A stretch of 64,000 nucleotides of DNA from an uncultured bacterium (GCA_964634215.1 CAZWKR010000001.1:128603-192602), one strand, 5' to 3'. Numbered from the stretch's first letter, positions 9,845 through 20,168 are shown. A program made the numbers and translations. Notes: a model not told the origin generated them from the letters alone.

Positions 9845-10564
9845 ATGACAAAAAAACAAGATCTAAATAAATATACCGTAAGACCAAAGGCAGTCAGGTA
9901 TTTACTGGGATATTTAGCTATGATTTTGGGAGGTCTTGTTACAAAAACGAAGGTTAAGGGAAGTGAAAATATTCCGAAAAAAGGACCATTTATCGTAGTA
10001 TGCAACCATTTTAATAGACTGGACCCACCATTTGTTATTTTTGCAATCAAAAAACCAATTAATTTTTTAATGGCAAGCGATCAAGCTGTGGAAGCTCAAT
10101 TTATGTGGGCTCCTTGGTTATACGGTTTTATACCAACAAATAGGCAAAACATTGCCCCAAAGACCATAAAAGATTCCTTGGCTGCCATTAAAAAAGGCGA
10201 GGTTGTCGGTATCTTTCCAGAAGGCACCGCAACAGAACATTTTATTAGACCAGCTAAGAACGGTGCCGCATATTTAGCAATGAGAACAGGTGTACAAATA
10301 TTGCCTATGAGTTTGATTGGAATGGAAAATGTTTGGAACAATTTACTAAAGGGTGTAAGACAAAAATTGCAAATAAATATTGGAAAACCATTTCTTCCAA
10401 AACAATTACCAAAAGATCGGGCAGAGAGAAACAAATTAATAAAAATAACCGGAGAGGAAATAATGTGTAGAATAGCAGCCCTAATGTCCGATGAATATCA
10501 TGGCATTTATACCGGGGATAAAAGAATTAAGAATTTTCGGTTAAAGTTGCCCTCGAAGAATTAG
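9845..10564 (+). CDS. 1-acyl-sn-glycerol-3-phosphate acyltransferase family protein (PlsC-like)
   Basis: HX4D motif (CNHFNRLD) and FPEGT motif. Start moved to the ATG at 9845 because the track start at 9791 lies inside the ssb terminator hairpin. Confidence 0.8.
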   Translation: MTKKQDLNKYTVRPKAVRYLLGYLAMILGGLVTKTKVKGSENIPKKGPFIVVCNHFNRLDPPFVIFAIKKPINFLMASDQAVEAQFMWAPWLYGFIPTNRQNIAPKTIKDSLAAIKKGEVVGIFPEGTATEHFIRPAKNGAAYLAMRTGVQILPMSLIGMENVWNNLLKGVRQKLQINIGKPFLPKQLPKDRAERNKLIKITGEEIMCRIAALMSDEYHGIYTGDKRIKNFRLKLPSKN

Positions 10565-11405
10565 CAATTATAAAGTAAACACCGCACAGTATTAGAATTC
10601 CCCCAGTTAAAGTAATAATAGGAACATTCTCTATAAAGATTATCCACGCAAGGATAGATGCAATTATTGGCTCTCCAAGCGGTACAGAAGCGATAATCGT
10701 TGGCGAAGTATATTTAATGGCAAAGTAGAACAGGCTGTGTCCCAAAATTGTAGGAATAATGCCGAGGGTAGCCAGCCAAACCATATCAATTGTTTGTATC
10801 GCAAAAACATTTTCTCTACTTAAAATAGAGATTATTAATAAGAAAAAAGCCCCTATTGTATATAACATTCTTGTGTATGCAACTGTGTTTGAATTTACGC
10901 GCAATTTATCAGCTAAAATGTAAACCATGGCAATGAAGAGGGCTGCTAACAGCCCAAATAATTTCCCCAATAAGGAACTGTCGTTTAGAACAAAACCCGA
11001 GCCGGCAATGATTATAGTTCCACATAAAGCGAAAACAAATCCTAGTAGCACAAGAGGCCTTAGTGCCCTTTTCAGAAATAATCGCTCGAATAATATTGTA
11101 AACATAGGCGCTGTTATTCCCAATAAGGTAGCATTAGCAATGCTTGTTAGTTTTACTGCTGCATAAAAGCATGAAAAATGTAGCGCTAGAAAAAGACCGG
11201 AAAATACATATAGTATATAATTTTTTTTCTCTATTCGTACCTGATGGTAGAAAGCGGTATATGCCCACATCAAAATACTTGCAATCGCCAATCGCCAGAA
11301 TGAAATAACAACAGCTGAAATATCTGGAAGAAAGCGGGCAATGATTGATGAAGTGCTTACGGCCAACAAGGCGATTATCAATACTAAATTAATTTTTATA
11401 TTCAT
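10527..11405 (-). CDS. DMT superfamily (EamA-like) transporter
   Basis: 292 aa and about 10 hydrophobic helices in two similar halves, typical of EamA. Its 3' end overlaps the convergent acyltransferase gene by 38 bp. Confidence 0.75.
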   Translation of the reverse strand: MNIKINLVLIIALLAVSTSSIIARFLPDISAVVISFWRLAIASILMWAYTAFYHQVRIEKKNYILYVFSGLFLALHFSCFYAAVKLTSIANATLLGITAPMFTILFERLFLKRALRPLVLLGFVFALCGTIIIAGSGFVLNDSSLLGKLFGLLAALFIAMVYILADKLRVNSNTVAYTRMLYTIGAFFLLIISILSRENVFAIQTIDMVWLATLGIIPTILGHSLFYFAIKYTSPTIIASVPLGEPIIASILAWIIFIENVPIITLTGGILILCGVYFIIANSSRATLTENS

Positions 11406-11509
11406 ATATGAAATTTTCTACTAAATAATGATATTTATCCTAATTAGGGTAGACAAATATAGTTAAATAGTATTTATTAGGTTCCTGATATTATTAACGA
11501 GGATATGAT

Positions 11510-11980
11510 ATGAAAAACTCACAATTTTATTCATCGTTGGTTGTAATTGTTGTAATGTTCTTATTATTGCTAAGTATCTTTTCATTTTTTCCAATAAATC
11601 ACGTTTTTATTAAGGAGGCAGATTGCATTAACGGTGCTGATAATCATTTTATAGGATATTCAGACACTGAATATTATAAAATCAGCTATCAAGAGAAAGT
11701 GATAGAATTATTATCAAATAGAACACCAGCCGACTACCGCTATTTTTTTCAGAACTTTATTGACGAAGATCCAAACACTTATATGTATGTAAAATTTATC
11801 GGACAAACGGGTTGTTTTACAGTAAAAATGACTGTAGATATATGGGATATATTAGAAGGAATGAAAAGAACCAACGGTGTTTCATGGCCATCAGAATTGC
11901 GTGAACTAAAATGGGTAGTGGAAATAAGAGACGGAACCGAAGAATTAATTTATGTTGATATGTACAAAATCATTGATTGA
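11510..11980 (+). CDS. Hypothetical membrane-anchored protein
   Basis: 156-aa ORF with an N-terminal hydrophobic helix. I recognise no family. It fills an otherwise empty interval. Confidence 0.45.
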   Translation: MKNSQFYSSLVVIVVMFLLLLSIFSFFPINHVFIKEADCINGADNHFIGYSDTEYYKISYQEKVIELLSNRTPADYRYFFQNFIDEDPNTYMYVKFIGQTGCFTVKMTVDIWDILEGMKRTNGVSWPSELRELKWVVEIRDGTEELIYVDMYKIID

Positions 11981-12010
11981 CAGATATTTTATTTCAACAA
12001 AAGCAGATTA

Positions 12011-12451
12011 TTATTTTCCTAATCCTTCGTTACCAGAATCTAGAACAAATTTCCACATACCGTTCTTGTTTTTCTTCCATATAGAAACATATGTACCTTT
12101 TTGTATCGCCCCACCTGTATTAAGTTTGTAGGTACCATAGGTATATCCAAGGTCGCCTGATTTGGCAACATCTGCATAAATTGGCTCCCATGTAAATTCG
12201 GTTTCAGTGTCATCATTTTGAAACAAAGATCCAATTTCAGTTTTCCCCACGACGGGCATTCTATTGGGGCTCAACATTACACCACCTTCTGCAACATAAG
12301 ATAAGAAGGCAAAGTTCATACCTTTTTCTTTGCTCAAAGCAGAGAAAGCTTTATCGACAGCTATTAATTCCTTGTTCATATCTAAGTCCATATGTTCACT
12401 ACATCCTGTTAATAGCAACAACAATATAAAAGTAGTTAATAATATTTTCAA
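12011..12451 (-). CDS. Lipoprotein, NTF2-like / DUF4440-like fold
   Basis: Lipobox LLLTGC. The C-terminal pattern GTYVSIWKKNKNGMWKFVLDSGN is typical of SnoaL/DUF4440-type proteins. Confidence 0.6.
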   Translation of the reverse strand: MKILLTTFILLLLLTGCSEHMDLDMNKELIAVDKAFSALSKEKGMNFAFLSYVAEGGVMLSPNRMPVVGKTEIGSLFQNDDTETEFTWEPIYADVAKSGDLGYTYGTYKLNTGGAIQKGTYVSIWKKNKNGMWKFVLDSGNEGLGK

Positions 12452-12475
12452 GTCATCTGCTTTTAAAAAGTTTTG

Positions 12476-14845
12476 TTAAATATTGTTTTCTTCGGGCTCT
12501 ATTGACTCAACAGCCTCCTCGTCTACTTTTTTCTTTAAATCTTCCGCTTCTTTTTGTATTTGCATCGGGTTGGGAGATGGTTTGCGCTGAGTTGTCAGTT
12601 CAATCTTATCAAAGGTCATAGGACCATATAGAAAGTTATTCTCATAGTTTGCATCTACCAATTCTTGATATGGATCTAGAACAACTCTTTTTACTGTTTT
12701 ATTAAACACAAAAATTTTAGATATCTTTTTTGTATTTTTTCGCCAAATTTCAGCAGGTATGCGCGCTATTTTTTTTACACCATCTTCAAACTCAAATTCA
12801 ATTACTAATGGCATAACAATTCCGCCAATATTTTTAAATGTTAATTGATAATAATTATCATTAGAATTCAAGAGATCAAGTTGATAGGGCTCGAGCTTTC
12901 CAAGGTATTTTTCATAATCAGAAGTGTCCTTAGTTGTGATTTCTAAAGGATTAAATTTATTATAAAAATCGATAAGTGCAGTATCGGCATCTATAGCACG
13001 AATTGGTAAATCAACTTCGTCGCGCTGATGTAAAATATGAGTAGGTTCAGAGTCTTTCATCTCTTTTTTATATGGTTTTTCAATATCGGGATTTTTAGAA
13101 TCAAGCTTAAACCACTTTATATCGGCGAGTTCAATGTCAACATGGTCAATTGAATAAAACCACCCCCTCCAAAACCAATCTAAATCTATACCAGAAGCAT
13201 CTTCCATGGTTCGGAAAAAATCGGCAGGAGATGGATTTTTAAACATCCAACGGTTAGAATAGGTTTTAAATGCATAATCAAACAAATCTCTACCAAGCAC
13301 TGATTCCCTTAGAACAATTAACGCATGGGTAACTTTTGCATAGGCATTATCACCAAAATGAGTTAAAGATTCAGAGTTTGTCATAATCGGGACTTGTGTA
13401 TCCTTGTTACCACTCATATATGTAGCCATGTGTTTAAAGTCCCTGCGATGGGGATAATCTCTCTCCCAGGCATTTTGAGCAAGTGTTTGAAGAAAGGTGT
13501 TTAAACCCTCATCCATCCATGTCCACTGCCTCTCATCGCTATTTACAATCATTGGAAAATAGTTGTGACCAACCTCATGAACGATTACGCCAATCATACC
13601 ATATTTTGTACCCTTAGAATATGTTCCATCGTCTTCAGGGCGACCGCCGTTGAAACAAATCATAGGATATTCCATTCCAATCCACTTTGAATGAATTGAT
13701 GTAGCGTGGGGATAGGGATAGTCAAAAGTAAATTTCGAGTAATTTTTAATTGTATGGGCAACAACTTTTGTAGAATATTTTTCCCAAAGTGGATTGCCCT
13801 CTTTTGGATAATAAGACATTGCCATTACCGTTCGATTTCCAAACTTAACTCCCATAGCATCCCAAATGAATTTGCGAGAAGAGGCGAATGCAAAATCTCG
13901 CACATTCTTCGCTTTAAAATTCCAGGTTTTTGTTCCTGAAGTCTTTTCAGATTCATTTTCAACAGCTTCTTCTTCGGTTACAATAAAAACGGGCTCAACG
14001 GAGGTGCGTGCTTTTTTAAATCGTTTTTGTTGTTTAGAAGTAAGTATGCGGGATGCATTTTGCAACTCGCCTGTGGCGGCGACAACATGATCAGAAGGAA
14101 CGGTTATTTTTACATCGAAATCGCCAAAAGTTAATGTGAATTCACCAGCACCTAGAAACTGTTTATTTTGCCAGCCCTCGATGTCATTGTAAAGAGCCAT
14201 GCGAGGATAAAATTGAGCAATAGTGTAAATATAATTACTATCTTCTTTAAAGAATTCCATCCCTGAACGTCCACCAACTTTCATTCTATCATTAATATTA
14301 TACCACCACTTCAAATTAATTGTAGTAGAGCTTCCTGTTTTTAGAGGTTTTGGTAATTCGATGCGCATCATTGTTTCTACGACGGTAGATGACAGTGTTT
14401 TGCCAGCCTCGTCTTTTACGTATTCAATTTTAAAACCACCATCAAAGTCAGAATTAAGGCGCCTTATTGAGTGAAAACTTTCTTTATCGTTAAAAATGTG
14501 GGTATGTGTTTTGTGAGAAGCAGAATGCTGTTTTCTTATGTTTTGATCAAGCTGTATCCATAAATAGTCTAGCCTGTCGGGAGAGTTATTGTGATATGTG
14601 ATAGTTTCAGTCCCAGAGAGTGTTTGATTTTCATCGTCGAGGACGACGTTAATAACATAATCTGCTCTTTGTTGCCAATATTCATGTCCCGGAGCGCCGG
14701 AGGCGATACGGTATGTGTTAGGTGTTGGTAGTTCCTCTTTTAATTGGCTGAATTTTTCAGCAGCAGTAATACTTTCATTTTGCGAAAACACAGTTGATAC
14801 TGTACTGAAAATAAAAATTAATAATAATGAGCTAGTTTTATTCAT
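12476..14845 (-). CDS. Secreted M1-family zinc metallopeptidase
   Basis: 789 aa with a signal peptide. HEVGH followed 18 residues later by E (WMDEGLNTF) is a gluzincin signature. GMEYP occupies the GxMEN exopeptidase position. Confidence 0.8.
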   Translation of the reverse strand: MNKTSSLLLIFIFSTVSTVFSQNESITAAEKFSQLKEELPTPNTYRIASGAPGHEYWQQRADYVINVVLDDENQTLSGTETITYHNNSPDRLDYLWIQLDQNIRKQHSASHKTHTHIFNDKESFHSIRRLNSDFDGGFKIEYVKDEAGKTLSSTVVETMMRIELPKPLKTGSSTTINLKWWYNINDRMKVGGRSGMEFFKEDSNYIYTIAQFYPRMALYNDIEGWQNKQFLGAGEFTLTFGDFDVKITVPSDHVVAATGELQNASRILTSKQQKRFKKARTSVEPVFIVTEEEAVENESEKTSGTKTWNFKAKNVRDFAFASSRKFIWDAMGVKFGNRTVMAMSYYPKEGNPLWEKYSTKVVAHTIKNYSKFTFDYPYPHATSIHSKWIGMEYPMICFNGGRPEDDGTYSKGTKYGMIGVIVHEVGHNYFPMIVNSDERQWTWMDEGLNTFLQTLAQNAWERDYPHRRDFKHMATYMSGNKDTQVPIMTNSESLTHFGDNAYAKVTHALIVLRESVLGRDLFDYAFKTYSNRWMFKNPSPADFFRTMEDASGIDLDWFWRGWFYSIDHVDIELADIKWFKLDSKNPDIEKPYKKEMKDSEPTHILHQRDEVDLPIRAIDADTALIDFYNKFNPLEITTKDTSDYEKYLGKLEPYQLDLLNSNDNYYQLTFKNIGGIVMPLVIEFEFEDGVKKIARIPAEIWRKNTKKISKIFVFNKTVKRVVLDPYQELVDANYENNFLYGPMTFDKIELTTQRKPSPNPMQIQKEAEDLKKKVDEEAVESIEPEENNI

Positions 14846-15022
14846 AATTCCCTCATTTGATTAAAAAATAGTATAAAATATAAAAAAATATAATATATAG
14901 TATGACAATAAATATTGAAGAACGTTGTCATAATAACAGGTTAAATTATTCTAAACGTCTTTAACCAATATGCTTAACGTGTGTAGCTTTTGATCCTATA
15001 ATAATATAAAATATCATAAACT

Positions 15023-16324
15023 ATGCGAATTGGAATTAGAAGAGAAGATAAAAACGAATGGGAAGCGCGGGTACCGCTAATTCCCAGTGATGTACAGAAA
15101 CTGGTGGATAAAGGGATAGAAGTATTTCTACAACCATCCACTATCCGAATATTTTCCGATCAAGAATATATTAAAGTTGGAGCAATAATATCAGAAGACT
15201 TGTCATCATGTTCTACAATCCTGGCCGTGAAGGAAATACCGATTGATTTTATTGGAAAAGGTAAAACATATGTTTTCTTTTCACATACCATAAAGGGACA
15301 AGATTACAATATGCCATTGTTGCAAAAAATGATGGATGAAAAAACACAGCTTATTGATTATGAACGTATTGTCAATAAAAAAGGACAGCGACTAATATTT
15401 TTTGGCAGACATGCCGGACTTGCAGGAATGATAGACTCGCTTAGGGCCTTGGGAAGACGAGTTGAATCTGAAAGCGTGAAAAATCCATTCAATAAAATTA
15501 AAAAGACCTTTGAATATCGAGGTCTAGAGAATGCTAAAAAGCAAATTGGTAAAATCGCAGATGATATTACTAAAAATGGAATTCCTAATGAAATGCGTCC
15601 GTTAGTTTGTGGATTCAGTGGGTACGGGAATGTATCGCAAGGGGCGCAGGAAATTTTTGATATTCTTCCACACAAAGAGATATCTCCTCAGGATTTATTA
15701 ACTAGCAAAAACTTATTTGATGATTCAAAACATATTTTATATAAGGTTGTTTTTAAAGAAAGCGATTTAGTTGAAACCAAAGATCCTAAGGATAAATTTG
15801 AATTACAGGATTATTACGATAATCCCGACAAGTATAAATCTAAATTTGAAAAGTATTTACCGAACCTGACGGTCTTAATGAATTGTATTTACTGGGATAC
15901 ACCATATCCTAGATTGATTACATTAGATTATTTGAAAAAAGTATGGACTGAAACGGAAAATCAAAAATTAAAAGTAATTGGTGATATAAGTTGTGATATC
16001 GATGGCGCAATACAATGTACTATGAAATCAACCGAGCCGGGTAATCCGGTTTATGTTGTCAATCCAATAGATTGTTCAGTAGTGGATGGGGTTGAGGGTT
16101 ATGGTCCAGTAATTATGGCGGTAGATAATCTTCCATGTGAATTGGCAGAAGAAGCATCTAAATCCTTCAGTAAGGTATTGGTAGATTTTATTCCACAGCT
16201 TATGCGAGCTGATTGTGGTGTCGATTTCAAAAGTTTAAAATTACCGGAAGAATTACGCAGAGGAATGATTTTGTATAGAGGAAAGCTTACACCAGAATAC
16301 AGAAATTTAGAAAAATATTTATAA
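15023..16324 (+). CDS. Lysine-ketoglutarate reductase (saccharopine dehydrogenase, L-lysine-forming), AASS N-domain-like
   Basis: 433 aa. RREDKNEWEARVPL, YVFFSHTIKGQ, LIDYERI and FFGRHAGLAGMID align block by block with the LKR half of animal and plant AASS as I recall it. Confidence 0.8.
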   Translation: MRIGIRREDKNEWEARVPLIPSDVQKLVDKGIEVFLQPSTIRIFSDQEYIKVGAIISEDLSSCSTILAVKEIPIDFIGKGKTYVFFSHTIKGQDYNMPLLQKMMDEKTQLIDYERIVNKKGQRLIFFGRHAGLAGMIDSLRALGRRVESESVKNPFNKIKKTFEYRGLENAKKQIGKIADDITKNGIPNEMRPLVCGFSGYGNVSQGAQEIFDILPHKEISPQDLLTSKNLFDDSKHILYKVVFKESDLVETKDPKDKFELQDYYDNPDKYKSKFEKYLPNLTVLMNCIYWDTPYPRLITLDYLKKVWTETENQKLKVIGDISCDIDGAIQCTMKSTEPGNPVYVVNPIDCSVVDGVEGYGPVIMAVDNLPCELAEEASKSFSKVLVDFIPQLMRADCGVDFKSLKLPEELRRGMILYRGKLTPEYRNLEKYL

Positions 16325-16342
16325 AAACATAAAGGAAGACAA

Positions 16343-17662
16343 ATGAAAACAGTATTAGTGCTTGGAGCAGGACTTGTAACGCGACCGTTGGTAGATTATT
16401 TATTAAAACACAATATTCGTGTCCGTGTTGCAAGTCGAACGGTTGCAAAGGCAGCACAGCTGATTGGCGACCACCCAAACGGAGAAGCAATCGAGTGGAC
16501 AGTTGACAAGCGGGACGAATTAAAAAAAATGATTGCGGATGCCGACTTGGTAGTGAGTTTGCTGCCGGCAAATTTCCATGCAGAAATCGCCAAATTGTGC
16601 ATAGAGTTGGATACAAACATGGCAACCACTTCTTACGTAAGTCCCGAAATGAAAGCTTTAGATAAACCTGCCAAAGAAAAAGGTATAGTAATATTAAATG
16701 AATGCGGAGTTGACCCGGGAATTGACCACATGTCTGCAATGAGAATTGTTCACGATGTTAAAAAGAAGGGTGGCAAAATCACAAGTTTTATGTCATATTG
16801 TGGAGGGTTGCCTGCTCCCGAAGCAAATACAAATCCGTACGGGTATAAATTTTCATGGAGTCCAAAGGGTGTCTTGCTTGCCGGAAAGAACAATGCTAAA
16901 TATCGAAAAGACGGCGAAGATATAAATATAGAGGGTAAAGACCTGTTTGCAAACCATTGGGGGGTTGACGTGCCTTCTTTTGGAAAGCTCGAGGGTTATC
17001 CAAATCGCAATTCACTAGACTATATTGAAACATATGGATTTGAAGGAATTGATACAATGTTTCGCGGAACGCTACGCAATCCAGGGTGGTGTGAGACTTT
17101 GAAGGCAATCGTAGATTTGAATTATGTTGATATTACCGAGCAAGATTGGTCAGGAAAAACATATACGGATATGGGGTGGAAAATTGTAGGACAGCAGCCG
17201 GATGGTGATCTCCGCAAAGCAATGGCAGAAAAGCTTGGTATTCAGCAAGACTCATTTATCTTGGATAATTTTGAGTGGCTCGGGCTCTTCTCATCGGAAA
17301 ACATACCGATTGAAAATGGCGGTGTAATTGATGTTTTAACAGCAACAATGTTGGACAAAATGTCGTATGAAGACGGTGAAAGAGACATGCTAGTTCTATA
17401 TCACAATTTCATCGCTGAATATGATAAGGGCAATAAAGAGGAAATTACCTCCACAATGATTGATTACGGCATCCCGAATGGAGATAGTTCAATGTCAAGG
17501 ACAGTAAGTTTACCGGTAGCAATTGGAGTCCGGATGATATTAGAAGGTGAGTTTTCTAAGCCGGGCGTTTGGGTTCCTGTAATTCCGGAACTTTATAATC
17601 CAATCTTGGATGAACTCGAGACATTAGATATTAAATGTATTGAAAAATCTAAACAGCTTTAA
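16343..17662 (+). CDS. Saccharopine dehydrogenase (L-glutamate-forming), AASS C-domain-like
   Basis: 439 aa. VLVLGAGLVTRP Rossmann fold, GVDPGIDHM, YCGGLPAPE, YKFSWSPKGVL and LEGYPNR match the SDH half of AASS. It lies 18 bp downstream of the LKR gene. Confidence 0.82.
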   Translation: MKTVLVLGAGLVTRPLVDYLLKHNIRVRVASRTVAKAAQLIGDHPNGEAIEWTVDKRDELKKMIADADLVVSLLPANFHAEIAKLCIELDTNMATTSYVSPEMKALDKPAKEKGIVILNECGVDPGIDHMSAMRIVHDVKKKGGKITSFMSYCGGLPAPEANTNPYGYKFSWSPKGVLLAGKNNAKYRKDGEDINIEGKDLFANHWGVDVPSFGKLEGYPNRNSLDYIETYGFEGIDTMFRGTLRNPGWCETLKAIVDLNYVDITEQDWSGKTYTDMGWKIVGQQPDGDLRKAMAEKLGIQQDSFILDNFEWLGLFSSENIPIENGGVIDVLTATMLDKMSYEDGERDMLVLYHNFIAEYDKGNKEEITSTMIDYGIPNGDSSMSRTVSLPVAIGVRMILEGEFSKPGVWVPVIPELYNPILDELETLDIKCIEKSKQL

Positions 17663-17676
17663 AATCGGAGAGAAAT

Positions 17677-18714
17677 ATGTATAAAAAATTTGCTGTAATA
17701 GGAGCTTTACTAATTCTGTCGCAAGTTATTTTTGGACAGATTACATACAAAACCAAAGTGACCAGTTATGGTTTTATGGGAATGGGAGCGTTTGAATCAA
17801 CAACGAAGACCTATTTACAAGGTGATGCTCAGCGAGCGGATGCTAAACTAAAATTCACCGGTGCGTTTATGAAGATGCTCAGCCCCAAAGGTACGGTTAC
17901 AAGCATAATTCGTCTTGATAAGAAACTGATTTGGAGTTTTGATGATAAGAAGAAAAAATATACAGAACAGACTTTCGACGAAATGAGAGAAGTCTTTGAG
18001 GAATATGAAGAAGCCGGATATTCACAAGACATGCAATCCGGCGCAAACGATGAAGATTATGAAGTAGAATATGAATGGTCAAAGCCAATTGTAAAAGTAA
18101 AAAACCTTGGTGATAAAAAAACGATTAACGGATTCAATTGCCAACACTATTTAGCATCGGTTACAACCGTTGGAACACATATAGAAACCGGCATTAAAGA
18201 CACCATGTTGTTTGTTTCGGATTTATGGAATGCGAATAATGTTTCAAAAAAGATGGATTTGGTAAATGATTTTAATAAAAGATATATGGAAGCAATTGGG
18301 TTTGATATCCCGGAAAACCAAGGTCTTGCGATGATAGCAGGAATGTATAAAGAACACATGCAAATGCTTGCTGACGAAGTAAGTAAATTGAAAGGTTATC
18401 CCATTGTAAACGACATGAAACTGACGATGACTAAAAATTTATCATCGGTGGAACAAGAAGAAACGGAAGAGGAAGAGCCCGAAGAAGAAAGTTTGTCTAT
18501 GCGGGATATCCAAAGAAATTTTGGTGGCTTGCTAGGCAAAAAGGTTATGAAAGATGTTTTCGAGAAAAAAGCAAATAAAAAAACAGAAGAACCACAAAAA
18601 AGTTCTGTTTCAGAATTGTTTCATATGAAATCCGAAGTTTTAAGTATTGATGATGATAATATTGCCGGAGAGAAATTTGAAATTAAAAAAGGTTATAAGC
18701 TCAAGAAGAATTAG
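17677..18714 (+). CDS. Hypothetical secreted protein with an acidic low-complexity segment
   Basis: 345 aa. Signal peptide (LILSQVIFGQ), SD ggaga, and the acidic run EQEETEEEEPEEE. A DUF4412-like impression only. It lies 14 bp after the SDH gene. Confidence 0.6.
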   Translation: MYKKFAVIGALLILSQVIFGQITYKTKVTSYGFMGMGAFESTTKTYLQGDAQRADAKLKFTGAFMKMLSPKGTVTSIIRLDKKLIWSFDDKKKKYTEQTFDEMREVFEEYEEAGYSQDMQSGANDEDYEVEYEWSKPIVKVKNLGDKKTINGFNCQHYLASVTTVGTHIETGIKDTMLFVSDLWNANNVSKKMDLVNDFNKRYMEAIGFDIPENQGLAMIAGMYKEHMQMLADEVSKLKGYPIVNDMKLTMTKNLSSVEQEETEEEEPEEESLSMRDIQRNFGGLLGKKVMKDVFEKKANKKTEEPQKSSVSELFHMKSEVLSIDDDNIAGEKFEIKKGYKLKKN

Positions 18715-20156
18715 AAATATTTCAATATAAAATCAACAATCTTCTTTACGCGTTTTGTGTAGGGTGGATACGTTAATTTTAATGGACTAAAGAGATCTTG
18801 TTTAACTACTGCTTTTTCATTTGAGAAGGTTTTAAATCCAAAGAAACCGTGCGTTCGACCCGTTCCACTTTCATTCACACCACCAAAAGGTAGATTTGTT
18901 TGCGAAAAATGAATTACCGTGTCATTGACGCAAACCCCGCCTGACGACGTGCCTGACAAAACACGGTCAACACCCTGCTGGTTTTTACTGAAAATGTATA
19001 ACGCAAGTGGTTTTGGTTTACGTCTAATTAGATTAATTGCATCATTAAGTTTAGAAAATGTTAGAACGGGTAATATTGGGCCAAAGACTTCCTCTCCCAT
19101 TATTGCAGAGTCCTCATTTACATCAATTAAAACTGTAGGAGAAATATATTTTTCCAATTCATTAAGATTCCCACCAAGCTCTATTTTTGCTCCAGACTGA
19201 ACCGTTTCATTTAATACTTGAGACAATCGATGGAAATGTTGACGATCAATTATCCGAGCATAATCGGAATTGGATTGCCACTCTGAATTATCAGCGCCAT
19301 AGAGTTTTATTATAAAGTGTTTTAATTGATTAATTAACTCTGGTAAAACAGTTTCGTCTACTAATAGATAATCCGGCGCCAGGCAGGTTTGTCCACAGTT
19401 CATAAACTTACTCCAGACAATTTTCTGAGCAGCATCACTTAAGTTGGCTGTTTTGTCAATAACAACAGGTGATTTTCCGCCTAATTCAAGAGTAACTGAT
19501 GATAGATTTTTGGATGCGGCCTCCATTACCTTTTTACCAACCACAGAACTGCCGGTGAAAAAGATGTGATCAAATGGTTTTTTTAATAATTCTATTGCTA
19601 CTTCTTTTTCGCCTTCAATAACAGCAACTTCATTTTCAGAAAAAAGCTCTCTGATCATTTTTGAAATTAAATTAGATGTGTTTTTTGCCAGTTCAGATGG
19701 TTTTAGAATAATACAGTTTCCTGCGGCAATTGCTGAGATTAATGGAGTAATGACCAAATTGAAGGGGTAATTCCACGGGGCAATTATCAGTACAACGCCA
19801 CGTGATTCGTATTGAATCCAGGAGCGGGTTGTGATTAACGCGATTGTTCGCCTAACCCGGTGAGGTTTTGTCCATTTATTAAGATGCTTAATAGCGTGAC
19901 GAAGCTCTGATAGCGATGTGAATATCTCAGTCAGATCAACGTCCGTTGCAGGCTTTTGGAAATCTTTGTAAATAGCATCCCGAATAGCTTGTTTATTGTT
20001 AACAATCCAATTTTCTAACTTGTTAAGCTTTGCAATTCGTTCTGTTGCAGAAGTCTGGCTTACGTTCCAACGATTGTTTACCTGCGCAGTAAATATAGAT
20101 TCAATATCTTTCTCATTTGTGAATATGGCTTGTTGATTATGTGTTTCATTTTCCAT
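18711..20156 (-). CDS. Aldehyde dehydrogenase, class-3 (ALDH3)-like
   Basis: 481 aa. APWNYPF, ELGGKSP and FMNCGQTCLAPDY (catalytic Cys), with an overall block order like ALDH3 fatty/aromatic aldehyde dehydrogenases. Confidence 0.85.
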   Translation of the reverse strand: MENETHNQQAIFTNEKDIESIFTAQVNNRWNVSQTSATERIAKLNKLENWIVNNKQAIRDAIYKDFQKPATDVDLTEIFTSLSELRHAIKHLNKWTKPHRVRRTIALITTRSWIQYESRGVVLIIAPWNYPFNLVITPLISAIAAGNCIILKPSELAKNTSNLISKMIRELFSENEVAVIEGEKEVAIELLKKPFDHIFFTGSSVVGKKVMEAASKNLSSVTLELGGKSPVVIDKTANLSDAAQKIVWSKFMNCGQTCLAPDYLLVDETVLPELINQLKHFIIKLYGADNSEWQSNSDYARIIDRQHFHRLSQVLNETVQSGAKIELGGNLNELEKYISPTVLIDVNEDSAIMGEEVFGPILPVLTFSKLNDAINLIRRKPKPLALYIFSKNQQGVDRVLSGTSSGGVCVNDTVIHFSQTNLPFGGVNESGTGRTHGFFGFKTFSNEKAVVKQDLFSPLKLTYPPYTKRVKKIVDFILKYF

Positions 20157-20168
20157 TGTTATTTGAGC

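Noticed and set aside
14846-15022. Possible lysine riboswitch upstream of the lysine-catabolic genes
   Set aside because: The spacer is almost pure A/T, with none of the GC-containing conserved helices and junctions of the L-box. It is also shared with a divergent promoter.
16287-16739. 150-aa minus-strand ORF antisense to the saccharopine dehydrogenase gene. Similar long antisense ORFs occur at 10096-10434, 37077-37436, 43448-43819, 46668-47081 and 52133-52525.
   Set aside because: Each is fully embedded opposite a confidently identified conserved gene. They have no recognisable motifs and a biased composition (Leu/Ser/Arg/Cys rich) expected from the reverse complement of coding sequence.
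18711-20156. Aldehyde dehydrogenase as the third enzyme (aminoadipate-semialdehyde dehydrogenase) of the saccharopine pathway
   Set aside because: Its block structure resembles class-3 ALDHs rather than ALDH7/AmaB. It is on the opposite strand and operonic with an aldo-keto reductase, so the link is not supported.
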